A stretch of DNA of 63,642 nucleotides, counting the filler, from Nemertoderma westbladi (Eukaryota; Animalia; Xenacoelomorpha), in the NCBI GenBank assembly GCA_032718475.1. It is 3 parts of 3 records of this genome, joined end to end, with 100 filler letters (N's around TTAATTAATTAA, not from the genome) between each part and the next. Parts side by side here need not be neighbours in the genome. Positions count along the whole stretch, not along the records: positions 25,495 to 55,308 come from JAUCBJ010007924.1; positions 55,409 to 63,642 come from JAUCBJ010001405.1; 1 more part is not named here. The stretch is one strand, 5' to 3'. Positions 47,461-60,914 of the stretch are shown here, in pieces. The position numbers and the translations under genes were made by a program. The notes under the pieces were generated by a model. The model was not told the DNA's origin. It did not search any database and worked only from the letters and a program-made list of their open reading frames with translations. Positions within the stretch are counted from its first letter, which is position 1. Each line of letters begins with the position of its first letter.

Positions 47461-48872
47461 ACCTACCTATAACGTCCTCATGGCCTCCCATCTGTTCTCT
47501 CAATATTATAATTATATATATTATATTTCGCCTTGTGACAGACTTGGTTGTGTCAGACTGGATAATTGCAGACCGATCGGCATCATAACTAATAAATAGA
47601 TAATGGTCTAGTGCATATCCGACAAATTTCAGTTTGAATTTGAACTGATTAAAAACAAAGAAATTGAAAGATGTTTGTTTGACATTTGGCTCTCTAGCAA
47701 GAGACTGTTGAACTCCCGATATCTGTCAAAATTATAAGTTTTTATTATTGATGTCTACAAATTTTAACTCGACAGCTCTAATTGACTCACAACTATATGA
47801 CACCCTTACTATGTCGCTTGTCCACCACTTCTGCTATTGCTTACTACATACACATGGATGCCTTTCTATTCAATGCTACAGTATGTTGTACAATGCCATG
47901 GTTATTACCTCCCCACATCATGAGGTGCCAGTATACAGACAGTGTTCTTCAGGGAGGGATATTAATCCCAATTTCTGTATTGTGATGGACTATATGTTCT
48001 TCAGACTTACTCAAACATCCATAGTTTAGATGGGGTCGAGATTGGGATATAATAGGTTATAATTTAATAAACGGGATGGGATATTCTAAACAAAACAGTA
48101 AACAAAAAAGTTGCGAGTTGCGACCACTTTAGTGTTGGAGAGGAACTGGTTGTTATGTTACCCAACACCTTTGTGGCCCTACATACAGTACTTACAAGGC
48201 GAAATGCATGGTGACCAATCGGTTCAACCCTGTTAGTATGGGGCTATAAAATGTACAAATACCGGGGGGGGGGGGGGGTTATATTGACCCCCCCCCCCCC
48301 CCCGCCCTCTAAAATCTATACATTTTAACACAAACGTCTGATTTTTTGTTTGTATGTAGATTTCACTAGTCTGAATCCGATTGACAAAAATTCTAAAAAC
48401 TTTACAAGGGTTGTAATTTTGCAGCACAAAAATTTCAAGTAGTGAACAATTTTCACAAAATTTGAAAGTTTCAATTTTCATATAATATTTTTTCAATACT
48501 GGTTTTCCGGTACGTAACATCCATTGGAAAATATTTATAAATGATCTGATTACTATAAAGGGCAATTTTAGTTGTCTGCATATGAAAAAACGGAAACAAA
48601 CAAGCAACCAGCACTTATAGTGATTAACCCCTGTACAATGGATTAACAATATAATATAATACGTTTACTGTATGCAATAGTAGAGAATTTGAAAATTAGA
48701 GAACGTGATCTTGCCTTTGTTTGGTCACGAGGCTCTATTGCTACCTTGACTTTGTTAGATAGTAATTCCTTATTGGTAGGTGATAATTGATGTCGTTAAA
48801 TGGCTGATGGCTAATAGGGATAATAGTTTCGGAGGAGGTGGCGAAGTGCATATATGGATAATGTTATGATGA

Positions 48873-49102
48873 TTTTGTTCAGAAATGGAAAAAATGAGAA
48901 AGCGTGTCACCGGGGGTTGAACCAGCGCTATACGTACGTTTCAGCCAATCAGGCCGCACCAGTAGGTGGGATAGTGAAAGTCAGGGACAAGTGGGTGAAC
49001 TGGTTAGCGCTACTGATGAGGCATGATAAGCTGAAACGTATGTATAGCGCTGGTTCAACCCCCGGTGACGCGCTTTCTCATTTTTTCCATTTCTGAACAA
49101 AA
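48873..49102. repeat. Fold-back inverted repeat (arms 48873-48965 and 49010-49102)
   Basis: The outer ~73 bp of the arms are near-perfect reverse complements (two mismatches seen); the inner 20 bp are degenerate. Confidence 0.93.
48996..49057 (+). ncRNA. Minimal type I hammerhead ribozyme
   Basis: Stem I TAGCGCTA/TAGCGCTG; CTGATGA 49013-49019; stem II GGC-atgataa-GCT; GAAA 49033-49036; short stem III AC-gtat-GT; GUA cleavage triplet ending at 49044. Confidence 0.8.
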
Positions 49103-51018
49103 CCACAATATTACATCTCAGCTCAACTCAAATTCATTTATAGGGATAATCTCGTAAAACGCCTAATTCAGAAAAAATTCAGAAAAAACGCCTAATTCAG
49201 AAAACACCTATTCGGGGAAAAAAATAAATTACATGTGGCGCCAATCACCCATAGTAAGAATCTCCTATTAATTTGAGGTGAAAGTGATCAAATAATATTG
49301 TGACTTAATTTCTGTTAAGCCGAATGTTGTAAGCTGAAAATTAACATCATTGTTACTTAATAATAGAATAGCTAGCTCAATGAAATATTGAGAATTCTGT
49401 ATGAGACATGTTGACGCCATGTTTATTGGACTACTGCTCTGTGTTTAGGGATACAATATCCTATTTAGTTAAGCGTTACATCAATTTTTATTAAATTACT
49501 CGCTCCTGTAATTGCTCTACATTTGTGTCAGTAGAATTCTAGGATTGGTTTTATTTTAAACGCCTTTCATGCGTTATTGTGTGGCAGATGGCTCTATGTT
49601 TCACCATTGAGCAACCTTCTGGGTGTGTAACCAAATACATGTGTTAAGCAATCGTTCTATTATGTAAGTAATGTAATTGAGGCAATTAGAATGGCATAAA
49701 AAAGGAGCAGTTAGCAATTTTAAAATTATTAATTCCTAGAAATTCAATAACAAAGGATTATATTGTTCGAGGAATATATTCGTTTTTTTCCTCCCATATC
49801 CATTTTTTCGATTTTTATTGCTTTTTGTATTTTGAGTGTGTGATACTCTTTAATTAAATAAAATGAAAATAAAAAAAGCCAGTAACAATGAACTATTATG
49901 AGACACTGCACCCAACCAAGTGAATTTAATGCTGTGTATTTTACTGTAGTAAACAAAATAATACTTGTTAATAAGCAATTATAATAGTAGGAATTCTTCT
50001 CCAGGGCACCACGACCATTTAAAATATAATATCGTTCTCTAATAAAACCACATAAGTCGGTCGTTAAAAAGTTACTGACTACTACTCAACTACAACAGAT
50101 GGAATGTACTCAGCTAATTTCTCTATCAAGAAAGTGTCACACACATAGTTTTAAAGGATTAAAGGCGGGTAGCGGATCTGTGGGTGGTCAAAACTGAGTT
50201 TATTGCCATTATTTCGGCCAAAACGTGAAATTATATTGAAACAAACCGGCCTTTAAAAGAGCAGCTCGGTAAAGCCTAACTACTGAAAAACTAAAACTCT
50301 ATTCAATATAACAACACTACTGGGTAAGGAACTACCTCCTATCTGCACGAATCTGGATCGAACTTAACCGAACTTGATCGAAAAGCGGCGAACTCGTTCC
50401 AGGTGAAAATATATATTGAATTTATATCAGACTTTTCTTACATTTTAAATTTAGTTGCATTTAATAATATTTTATTAAATTACAAAATTAAATTACTTAC
50501 TTCCCATAGAATAACATTGCTTAAACCAGTAAACCGGTCTCCGTATTACGACTATAGATTGCTTGTTTAATAATAAAAGAAATTTATTTTGAAATTGCAC
50601 ATTTAGTTTAAAAAAAATAACAATGTAAATTAAAGTATAAGAATTCAGAGGTGGCAATCTCGGTGGGCGAGGGGTAGATGGCACACGATAAATGCGCGGT
50701 TGAGTCTTATCTGGTCCTCACATGTCATGCAAAGTGAAGGCAATGGGTGGGCATTTCCACCAACGTCCAACACACTGCCGGTGGTTGATCTATCTTTACT
50801 AAACACAAATAATAATATGAGTCCAAAGCAACATTCGTATTGAACTGATTTTGTTGATTGATTTGGTGTATGAAACTTGTATTTTTTATAACATAACAAC
50901 GAGATAAGGATAGATGCAACCACCAGTCATGAAGTGAAATGAAGAGACAAATTATTTACACTGAGTAGTGCTACAAAATTACAATATGCAGTTAGTTCAA
51001 CTCCAACCATAGCATAGC

Positions 51019-54000
51019 TGTGTATAGCACCACAATTCACTTCACAGCTCTGTATAGTACCATCATTCACTCACTGTATAACACCATCATTCACAAACTG
51101 TATAGCACCATCATTCACTCACTGTATAGCACCATCATTCACTCACTGTATAGCACAATCATTCACAAACTGCATGGCACTATCATTCACAAACTGTATA
51201 GCATCATCATCCACTCACTGTATAGCACCATCATTCACAAACTGTATAGCATCATCATTCACAAACTGTATAGCACCATCAATCACAAACTGTATAGCAC
51301 CATCATTCACAAACTGTATAGCAACATCATTCACAAACTGTATAGTATCATCATTCACAAACTGCATATCACCATCATTCACAAACTGTATAGTATCATC
51401 ATTCACAAACTGTATAGCATCATCATCCACTCACTGTATAGTATCATCATTCACAAACTGTATAGCACCATCATTCACAAACTGTATAGCACCATCATTT
51501 ACAAACTGTATGGCACCATCATTCACAAACTGTATAGCACCATCATTCACAAACTGTATAGCAACATCATTCACAAACTGTATAGTATCATCATTCACAA
51601 ACTGCATATCACCATCATTCTTAAACTGTATAGCACCATCATTCACAAACTGTATAGCAACATCATTCACAAACTGTATAGTATCATCATTCACAAACTG
51701 TATAGCACCATCATTCACAAACTGTATAGCACCATCAATCACAAACTGTATAGCACCATCATTCACAAACTGTATAGCACCGTCAATCACAAACTGTATA
51801 GCACCATCATTTACAAACTGTATAGCACCATCATTCACAAACTGTATAGCACCATCAATCACAAACTGTATAGCACCATCATTCACAAACTGTATAGCAC
51901 CGTCAATCACAAACTGTATAGCACCATCATTTACAAACTGTATGGCACCATCATTCACAAACTGTATAGCACCACCATTCACTCACTGTATGGCACCATC
52001 ATTCACAAACTGTATAGCATCATCATCCACTCACTGTATAGTATCATCATTCACAAACTGTATAGCACCATCATTCACAAACTGTATAGCACCATCATTC
52101 ACAAACTGTATAGCAACATCATTCACAAACTGTATAGTATCATCATTCACAAACTGTATAGCACCATCATTCACAAACTGTATAGCACCATCAATCACAA
52201 ACTGTATAGCACCATCATTCACAAACTGTATAGCACCGTCAATCACAAACTGTATAGCACCATCATTTACAAACTGTATGGCACCATCATTCACAAACTG
52301 TATAGCACCACCATTCACTCACTGTATAGCACCATCATTCACAAACTGTATAGCACCGTCAATCACAAACTGTATAGCACCATCATTCACAAACTGTATA
52401 GCACCATCATTTACAAACTGTATAGCACCGTCAATCACAACACTCTATAGCACGTGATTATTATATAACACCATTATTCAGTCACTGTATAGCGCCATCA
52501 TTCACTCAATGTATAGCACCGTCATCCACTTAATGTATAGCACCATCATTCACAAACTATATAGCACCATCATTCACAAACTGTATAGTATCATCATTCA
52601 CAAACTGTATAGCACCATCATTCACAAACTGTATAGCACCATCAATCACAAACTGTATAGCACCATCATTCACAAACTGTATAGCACCGTCAATCACAAA
52701 CTGTATAGCACCATCATTTACAAACTGTATGGCACCATCATTCACAAACTGTATAGCAACATCATTCACAAACTGTATAGTATCATCATTCACAAACTGT
52801 ATAGCACCATCATTCACAAACTGTATAGCACCATCAATCACAAACTGTATAGCACCATCATTCACAAACTGTATAGCACCGTCAATCACAAACTGTATAG
52901 CACCATCATTTACAAACTGTATAGCACCATCATTCACAAACTGTATAGCACCATCAATCACAAACTGTATAGCACCATCATTCACAAACTGTATAGCACC
53001 GTCAATCACAAACTGTATAGCACCATCATTTACAAACTGTATGGCACCATCATTCACAAACTGTATAGCACCACCATTCACTCACTGTATAGCACCATCA
53101 TTCACAAACTGTATAGCACCGTCAATCACAAACTGTATAGCACCATCATTCACAAACTGTATAGCACCATCATTTACAAACTGTATAGCACCGTCAATCA
53201 CAACACTCTATAGCACGTGATTATTATATAACACCATTATTCAGTCACTGTATAGCGCCATCATTCACTCAATGTATAGCACCGTCATCCACTTAATGTA
53301 TAGCACCATCATTCACAAACTATATAGCACCATCATTCACAAACTGTATAGCACCATCATTCACAAACTATATAGCACCGTCATTCACAAACTGTATAAC
53401 ACCATCATTCACTCACTGTATAGCACCATCATCTACTCACTGTATAGCACCATCATTCACAAACTGTATAGCACCATCATTCACAAACTGTATAGCACCA
53501 TCATTCACAAACTGTATAGCACCATCATTCACAAACTGTATAGCACCGTCATTCACAAACTGTATAACACCATCATTCACTCACTGTATAGCACCATCAT
53601 CCACTCACTGTGTAGTATAGCACCATCATTCACAAACTGTATAGCACCATCATTCACAAACTGTATAGCACCGTCATTCACAAACTGTATAGCACCGTCA
53701 ATCACAGCACTCTATAGCACGTGATTATTATATAACACCATCATTCACAAACTGTATAGCACCATCATTCACAAACTGTATAGCCCCATCATTTACAAAC
53801 TGTATATCACCATCATTCACAAACTGTATAGCACCATATTCACAAACTGTATGGCACCATCATTCACAACCTGTATAGCACCATCATTCACAAACAGTAT
53901 AGCACCATCATTCACAAACTGTATAGCACCATCATTCATAAACTGTCACAAAGTGTCATTCACAAACTGTATAGCACCACCATTCACTCACTGTATAGCA

Positions 54001-54177
54001 CCATCATTCACAACCTGTATAGCACCTTCATTCACAAACTGTATAGCACCATCATTCGCAAACTGTATAGCACCATCATTCATAAACTGTCACAAAGTGT
54101 CATTCACAAACTGTATAGCACCATTATTCACAACCTGTATAGCACCATCATTCATAAACTGTATAGCACCATCATTC
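51019..54177. repeat. Minisatellite, 24-bp unit (CTGTATAGCACCATCATTCACAAA), about 130 copies
   Basis: Visible array; the interruption CTCTATAGCACGTGATTATTATATAACACC recurs at about 52443, 53206 and 53710. Confidence 0.97.
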
Positions 54178-55308
54178 TCGGTTCGTGTTGCAGTCAGTAT
54201 TTATGAATTTTAATTTTCTGTATCAACCAATAAATGTTGGTAGTATATATTTTTGTGAAATTTCTTTTAGGTGCGGTGATCACTATTATACACAGGAAAG
54301 AAACCCTTACAAATCTTTGTTTTTAGTTAATTGAACTGAATGCATGAATGGTTCAATTAAAAATGACTTTAAATCAGGGTAATTATACAGAAACGGGAAC
54401 TAGCTAACAAGCTAATCAAACATCTTGGCTGAGTTAACAAAGATTAATCGTTACTGTAAATATATGTTTTATTGATAATTGGGCCATAACATTCCAGACA
54501 CGTTCAAAGTGAATTATACCATATCGGATTTAGTAAATACTTAACCAGCCTTGACAATAAATACTATCTCGCATATATCCAATATCACATCTATTTATAC
54601 AATATCAACATTGTTTTACGTTTTACTTAACTCAAGTAGGTGCGTGTACTTTAGTAGCCTAAACTGGTATTTGTAGTTATAACTGGCAATATTTCAACAT
54701 AAATACAAGGAAGGGCCTTACATGCGATTTATCTTCTAAAGATTTAATTTACAAAGGGTTATCTAATCTAAGCGATATGATTATGATACGAATGGATTTA
54801 ATTTACAGTATCAAACATTTAACTAACATACCGTTAGTTTATAAGCTAGTTAGGTGAGTGTAGTTTACATTTTTGATCTTACATCAGTGGATGATTAATA
54901 CCAAATCATGATCTAATGCGATTAGTCCTGATTATTGACTATACACATTGACAATACACATATACATTGCACTATTTTGTGAGTATTTTGTTGAATATCA
55001 CTAATGCTGTAGGAGTTAAGTCCATTTTACCAGCACCAATATTTGCTAGCAATCGGTGAGTGTTGATTTAAACTAATTCGAGTTGAACCACAATGGATGG
55101 TGCCATAAAGATGATCAATGGTTAATTGTATTCGCAATTGTTGATATTGTTGGTATGGAGACCATTTTTAGAATCTAGAGGTCGTGGTGAGCTAAAAAGT
55201 ACATAATAATTTTATTTATTACATGGGAAAAAAGTATAAATTTATTTCACTATTCTTGAGGCATCTTATTTACCGAGCGTCATCGAGGTTAATAAAGGGT
55301 CGAGACAA

Positions 55309-55408
55309 NNNNNNNNNNNNNNNNNNNNNNNNNNNNNNNNNNNNNNNNNNNNTTAATTAATTAANNNNNNNNNNNNNNNNNNNNNNNNNNNNNNNNNNNN
55401 NNNNNNNN
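55309..55408. other. Artificial assembly linker N44-TTAATTAATTAA-N44
   Basis: Same structure as 25395-25494. Confidence 0.97.
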
Positions 55409-56421
55409 TAATGTATTATTCGACTGACAGTATTATATAATCTCTGACAATATTATTCACCTTCGGGAATATTAACAGTTCCTTTAGGACGTGGCGCTTT
55501 ATCTATATAAACAGAGTTATGACTTAAACTACTCACAACGATATGGCTTAATTATAATTCACATATATGGCACATTCTTTAGGAAATGTTTCTTTAACAG
55601 ACTCACTCATACACAATGCTGCACAATACTGCACACTAATCTGCCAATCTTCACTGATTTTAGTCACATATAAAAGGAACACAGACTGACTCATGTAGGG
55701 TCTATCAAATAACATTAGATTCACTTCGAACCACTTTAACATAAGTCACAATCGTTTATCTGTAACCCTTCTCTCTTACCTTCGGTATATCAAGAATATT
55801 GGGTTTCGGGGTTATTTATCGTTATTCCAAATATAATTATTCATCAACCATATTATGAAGAACTGACGGTAAATAGCAGTATAAAACAACAATGAAAACA
55901 CTGATTGTTATGAGTTTGCAATGTTTCAGCAGTCAGCATGTATGATCAGTCAGCAGTGATTCCATGAGTTAAAGGATATATGCCCTTTATAATTATACCT
56001 ACTAGTGTAAGACTAAAAACTAAAACACGGAGGTGCCAAAGCCGGTTCTTAGGCTCTGGGCAAAAACATAACACTGAACTACTGAGTTTCTGTATATACC
56101 TCCAACACAAAGACAACAAACGCTCTGATTGGTCAACCTGAACAACGAGAGAACAGAGAAACAAAGAAACGTCGACGTGGCAATATCAGCTGCTAGCTGT
56201 CGTCATGGTAGCGACACTGTTTTCAAGAGTATCGAGCTTTTACGTCACGGAATTACGGATTATGTCCTCTAAAGTACAAATACAGAAGAAATAGCTCTTA
56301 TGTCCGCTAAAACACCAGTACAGCAAGGACACGGCCTTTTTATGCCTGGTAAACCAACTACAGAGTACTTTACGGGAAAAATAAGGAAAAATAACCGGAC
56401 AATTCAGTAAAAGCTTTTACA
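55409..56421 (-). mobile_element. Second copy of the LTR-like repeat, cut by the gap
   Basis: Colinear with 29768-30806 and with the same terminus AAAGCTTTTACA. Confidence 0.85.
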
Positions 56422-56444
56422 GGGGGGGGGGGGGGGGGGGTGGG

Positions 56445-57630
56445 AGGTTTATTCTAGATTCAGATAAAAAAGACACATCTATGTGTACCGCATCTTCTAC
56501 ATCAGTCAACCCGACTCATATCTATCCGCAGTAGATTCATATAGTCTGCTGAGCGAAATGATGTGGAGAAAAAATATTAGTTATGAAGATGATTGAAGAT
56601 TAAGAAGATGAAAAGTAATTTTAGGTTTATGTGATTGAAGAAAGTAACTGGTTTTTAAATTTTTTAGTGAAACTAGATTTGGACTTACAATTTTTTATAT
56701 TTAACGGTATGTTGTTCCATATAAGAGGACCTTGAAAGCTCATGGATTGTTGTGACGACGTTAGACGACAAGTTTGTATATAGAAGTCCCCACGGGTAGC
56801 AGAGCGAGTAGGGTATTTATGTACTGTAGACGTTTTCCTAAATAAATCTTGTATTGTAGTAGGTAAATGATTAGTAGTGGAGTTTACGTCGTACATAAGT
56901 AGACCTACTTGATATTTATATAGTAAGTCCAGTGGAAGTATAGATAGAGATTTGTAGATAGGATTAGAAGAGGCCTGGTAGTGATTGAATGTGATACATC
57001 TAACTATTTTATTTATTTTAATTCGTAGAGGTTTCAGAGTACTAGAATGGGTAGAACCCCATAGTGAGATACCGTATGAGAGGTAGGGATGTATAAGTGA
57101 GTAATAGAGCTGTCTGAGAATTCGAAGTGGGAATATGTGGCGTAGCTTATAGAAGATACCAGCAGATTTGGATATCTTAGTTTTAATATAGTCAATATGA
57201 GTTTTCCAATTTAATTTGTTATCCACATATACCCCTAAGAATTTAGTGCTAGCCGTTGTGTTGATTTTATTATTATTTATTTTCAGTGAGGGTAAGCCAG
57301 TAGTATGCTGCAGTATGTTAGAGAATAGAGTAGCTTCTGTTTTTTTTAGATTTAGAGATAGACGGTTGTCTATTAGCCAGTCAGCAATTTTGTCAAGTTC
57401 TAGGTTAATGTTGTTTGTTAGATCAGTTAGGTTACTGCCTGATTGGAATAGAGTAGTATCATCAGCGAATAGCGTAGCTAGTAAGGTAGTAGCGTTAGGC
57501 AGGTCATTAATATACAGTAGGAATAGAAGAGGAGAAAGAACTCCGCCCTGGGGCAAGCCACATACTAGGGGCAGCAGAGATGATGAGCAAGAGTCTATAG
57601 TAACATATTGCTGTCTGTGTGCTAAAAAAC
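56445..57630 (-). mobile_element. 5'-truncated CR1/L2-group LINE (C-terminal half of RT plus 3' UTR)
   Basis: GLPQGGVLSPLLFLLYINDL, LFADDT, KFLGV, LYYSLIHPYLSYG, GPLIWN; frame intact to stop at 56627; AATAAA at the 3' end. Confidence 0.92.
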
Positions 57631-57704
57631 TTTCCTTCGTCGTCGGAGCCCCGGTTCACTTGAATCACCGCGCGCATTTCCCCCCGTCATCTTTGGAGCA
57701 TTTT

Positions 57705-57737
<33 letters not shown>

Positions 57738-57937
57738 CCCGTCATTCCTCACTTCGCCCCCGTGCCCATGTTCTCCGCCAGTCGACATATTAGTTCTATT
57801 CTCCCTGGGTTAATTTCGCCCGCGTTCCTACCTGCGCAACCGCGTGGCCTTGTAGGCCCCCGCTAGCCGCTAGGCGAATTACCTGCTTCCCCACGTTTGT
57901 ATTAATTATACCGCCACTAGCCTCGCCCTGCTGACTT

Positions 57938-58046
57938 ACTATCTCAGGGCCTGAGATAGTATCTCCGGGCCGGACTTAGTATCTCAGGGCCTGAGATAGT
58001 ATCTCCGGGCTTGAGATAGTATCTCCGGGCCGGACTTAGTATCTCC
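57938..58046. repeat. 20-bp palindromic tandem units x5 (ATCTCAGGGCCTGAGATAGT / ATCTCCGGGCCGGACTTAGT)
   Basis: Visible units, each self-complementary. Confidence 0.9.
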
Positions 58047-58373
58047 TCCAATAATAAATGGAAACTTAATTAACCTAAAGGAGCCACCGTAGTTTAACTT
58101 TATATAATTTTGTTAGCGCTTTAGTGATATCCGCGAAACACAAAAAAGTTTAAAGAATCGTTGCGGCCTATAAAACGGATCGCTGCAAAGTAGCCTTATT
58201 AATAACTTAAAACAATAAACTACTAGAACGCCTCTCGAGTATTCTACATCTCCCTAGCGTGGTAACAGCCATTGTATGCTAAGTGTAAAATTGTTTACTA
58301 TACAGTTGTTGTAGTAAATGCATAAAAAATGGCAAAATGAACAATCCCTCTGAATTGAAATAATGCGTATTCA

Positions 58374-60785
58374 TAATACGGAATGTCCGAGATTAGAGCC
58401 AATTAAATTGAATCTAATAATGCGGAATGTCCGAGATTAGAGCCAAATACATTGAATGTAATAATGCGGAATGTCCGAGATTAGAGCCAAATACATTGAA
58501 TATAATAATGCGGAATGTCCGAGATTAGAGCCAAATACATTGAATGTAATAATACGGAATGTCCGAGATTAGAGCCAATTAAATTGAATCTAATAATGCG
58601 GAATGTCCGAGATTAGAGCCAAATACATTGAATGTAATAATGCGGAATGTCCGAGATTAGAGCCAAATACATTGAATATAATAATGCGGAATGTCCGAGA
58701 TTAGAGCCAAATACATTGAATGTAATAATGCGGAATGTCCGAGATTAGAGCCAAATACATTGAATGTAATAATGCGGAATGTCCGAGATTAGAGCCAAAT
58801 ACATTGAATGTAATATTGCGGAATGTCCGAGATTAGAGCCAAATACATTGAATCTAATAATGCGGAATGTCCGAGGTTAGAGCCAAATACATTGAATGTA
58901 ATAATACGGAATGTCCGAGATTAGAGCCAAATACATTGAATGTAATAATGCGGAATGTCCGAGATTAGAGCCAAATACATTGAATGTAATAATGCGGAAG
59001 CTCCGAGATTAGAACCAAATACATTGAATTAATAATGCGGAATGTCCTAGATTAGAGCCAAATACATTGAATGTAATAATGCGGAATGTCCGAGATTAGA
59101 GCCAAATACATTGAATGTAATAATGCGGAATGTCCGAGATTAGAGCCAAATACATTGAATGTAATAATGCGGAATCTCCGAGATTAGAACCAAATACATT
59201 GAATTAATAATGCGGAATGTCCGAGATTAAAGTCAAATACATTGAATGTAATAATGCGGAATGTCCGAGATTAGTGCCAAATACATTGAATGTAATAATG
59301 CGGAATGTCCGAGATTGGAGCTAAATACATTGAATGTAATAATGTGGAATGTCAAAGATTAGAGCCAAATACATTGAATGTAATAATGCGGAATCTCCGA
59401 GATTTGAACCAAATACATTGAATTAATAATGCGGAATGTCCGAGATTAGAGCCAAATACATTGAATGTAATAATGCAGAATGTCCGAGATTAGAGCCAAA
59501 TACATTGAATGTAATAATGCGGAATGTCCGAGATTAGAGCCAAATACATTGAATGTAATAATGCGGAATGTCCGAGATTAGAGCCAAATACATTAAATGT
59601 AATAATGCGGAATGTCCGAGATTAGAGCCAAATACATTGAATGTAATAATGCGTAATGTCCGAGATTAGAGCCAAATACATTGAATTAATAATGCAGAAT
59701 GTCCGAGATTAGAGCTAAATACATTGAATGTAATAATGGGGAATGTCAAAGATTAGAGCCAAATACATTGAATGTAATAATGCGGAATGTCCGAGATTAG
59801 AGCCGAATACATTGAATGTAATAATGCGGAATGTCCGAGATTAGAGCCAAATACATTGAATGTAATAATGCGGAATTTCCGAGATTAGAGCAAATACATT
59901 GAATGTAATAATGCGGAATGTCCGAGATTAGAGCCTAATAGATTGAATGTAATAATGCGGAATGTCCGAGATTAGAGCCAAATACATTGAATGTAATAAT
60001 GCGGAATGTCCGAGATTGGAGCTAAATACATTGAATGTAATAATGTGGAATGTCAAAGATTAGAGCCAAATACATTGAATGTAATAATGCGGAATCTCCG
60101 AGATTTGAACCAAATACATTGAATTAATAATGCGGAATGTCCGAGATTAGAGCCAAATACATTGAATGTAATAATGCAGAATGTCCGAGATTAGAGCCAA
60201 ATACATTGAATGTAATAATGCGGAATGTCCGAGATTAGAGCCAAATACATTGAATGTAATAATGCGGAATGTCCGAGATTAGAGCCAAATACATTAAATG
60301 TAATAATGCGGAATGTCCGAGATTAGAGCCAAATACATTGAATGTAATAATGCGTAATGTCCGAGATTAGAGACAAATACATTGAATTAATAATGCAGAA
60401 TGTCCGAGATTAGAGCTAAATACATTGAATGTAATAAAGGGGAATGTCAAAGATTAGAGCCAAATACATTGAATGTAATAATGCGGAATGTCCGAGATTA
60501 GAGCCGAATACATTGAATGTAATAATGCGGAATGTCCGAGATTAGAGCCAAATACATTGAATGTAATAATGCGGAATGTCCGAGATTAGATCAAATACAT
60601 TGAATGTAATAATGCGGAATGTCCGAGATTAGAGCCTAATAGATTGAATGTAATAATGCGGAATGTCCGAGATTAGAGCCAAATACATTGAATGTAATAA
60701 TGCGGAATGTCCGAGATTAGAGCAAATACATTGAATGTAATAATGCGGAATGTCCGAGGTTAGAGCCAAATACATTGAATGTAAT
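58374..60785. repeat. Minisatellite, 44-bp unit (TAATGCGGAATGTCCGAGATTAGAGCCAAATACATTGAATGTAA), about 55 copies
   Basis: Visible array; variant units recur at a ~701-bp offset (59311/60012). Confidence 0.97.
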
Positions 60786-60815
60786 TCTGTATAAAAACTC
60801 TCTTGTAACTTTCAG

Positions 60816-60914
60816 ATGGATTGGAAACCTTTGAAGGAGTTACGTCAGATGAAGATGCTGAGAATAACCTGGACACGAGCGGGATAGATCCATCAAATCC
60901 AAGATATAACCAAA
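60816..60914 (+). CDS. Probable internal coding exon (99 bp, phase 1-1) of an unidentified gene
   Basis: tcttgtaactttcag|...|gtgagt; open frame xGLETFEGVTSDEDAENNLDTSGIDPSNPRYNQx; unique sequence between two satellites. Confidence 0.6.

Noticed and set aside
50645-50923. Possible exon in a GC-richer patch
   Set aside because: No consistent splice pair or recognisable protein.
51020-54213. 476-aa and 427-aa repeat ORFs (IIHKLYST / FTNCIAPS)
   Set aside because: The 24-bp unit is a multiple of 3 and lacks stops in several frames; no coding signature.
55013-55055. Possible 43-bp exon (tgtag|...|gtgagt)
   Set aside because: Splice signals are plausible but there is no homology or partner exon to support it.
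29759-56421. The two LTR-like copies as ends of one 26-kb element
   Set aside because: They lie on different contigs, differ noticeably, and the element's ORF lies outside the interval.
57216-57866. 216-aa plus-strand ORF
   Set aside because: Antisense of the CR1 RT running into a poly-C tract.
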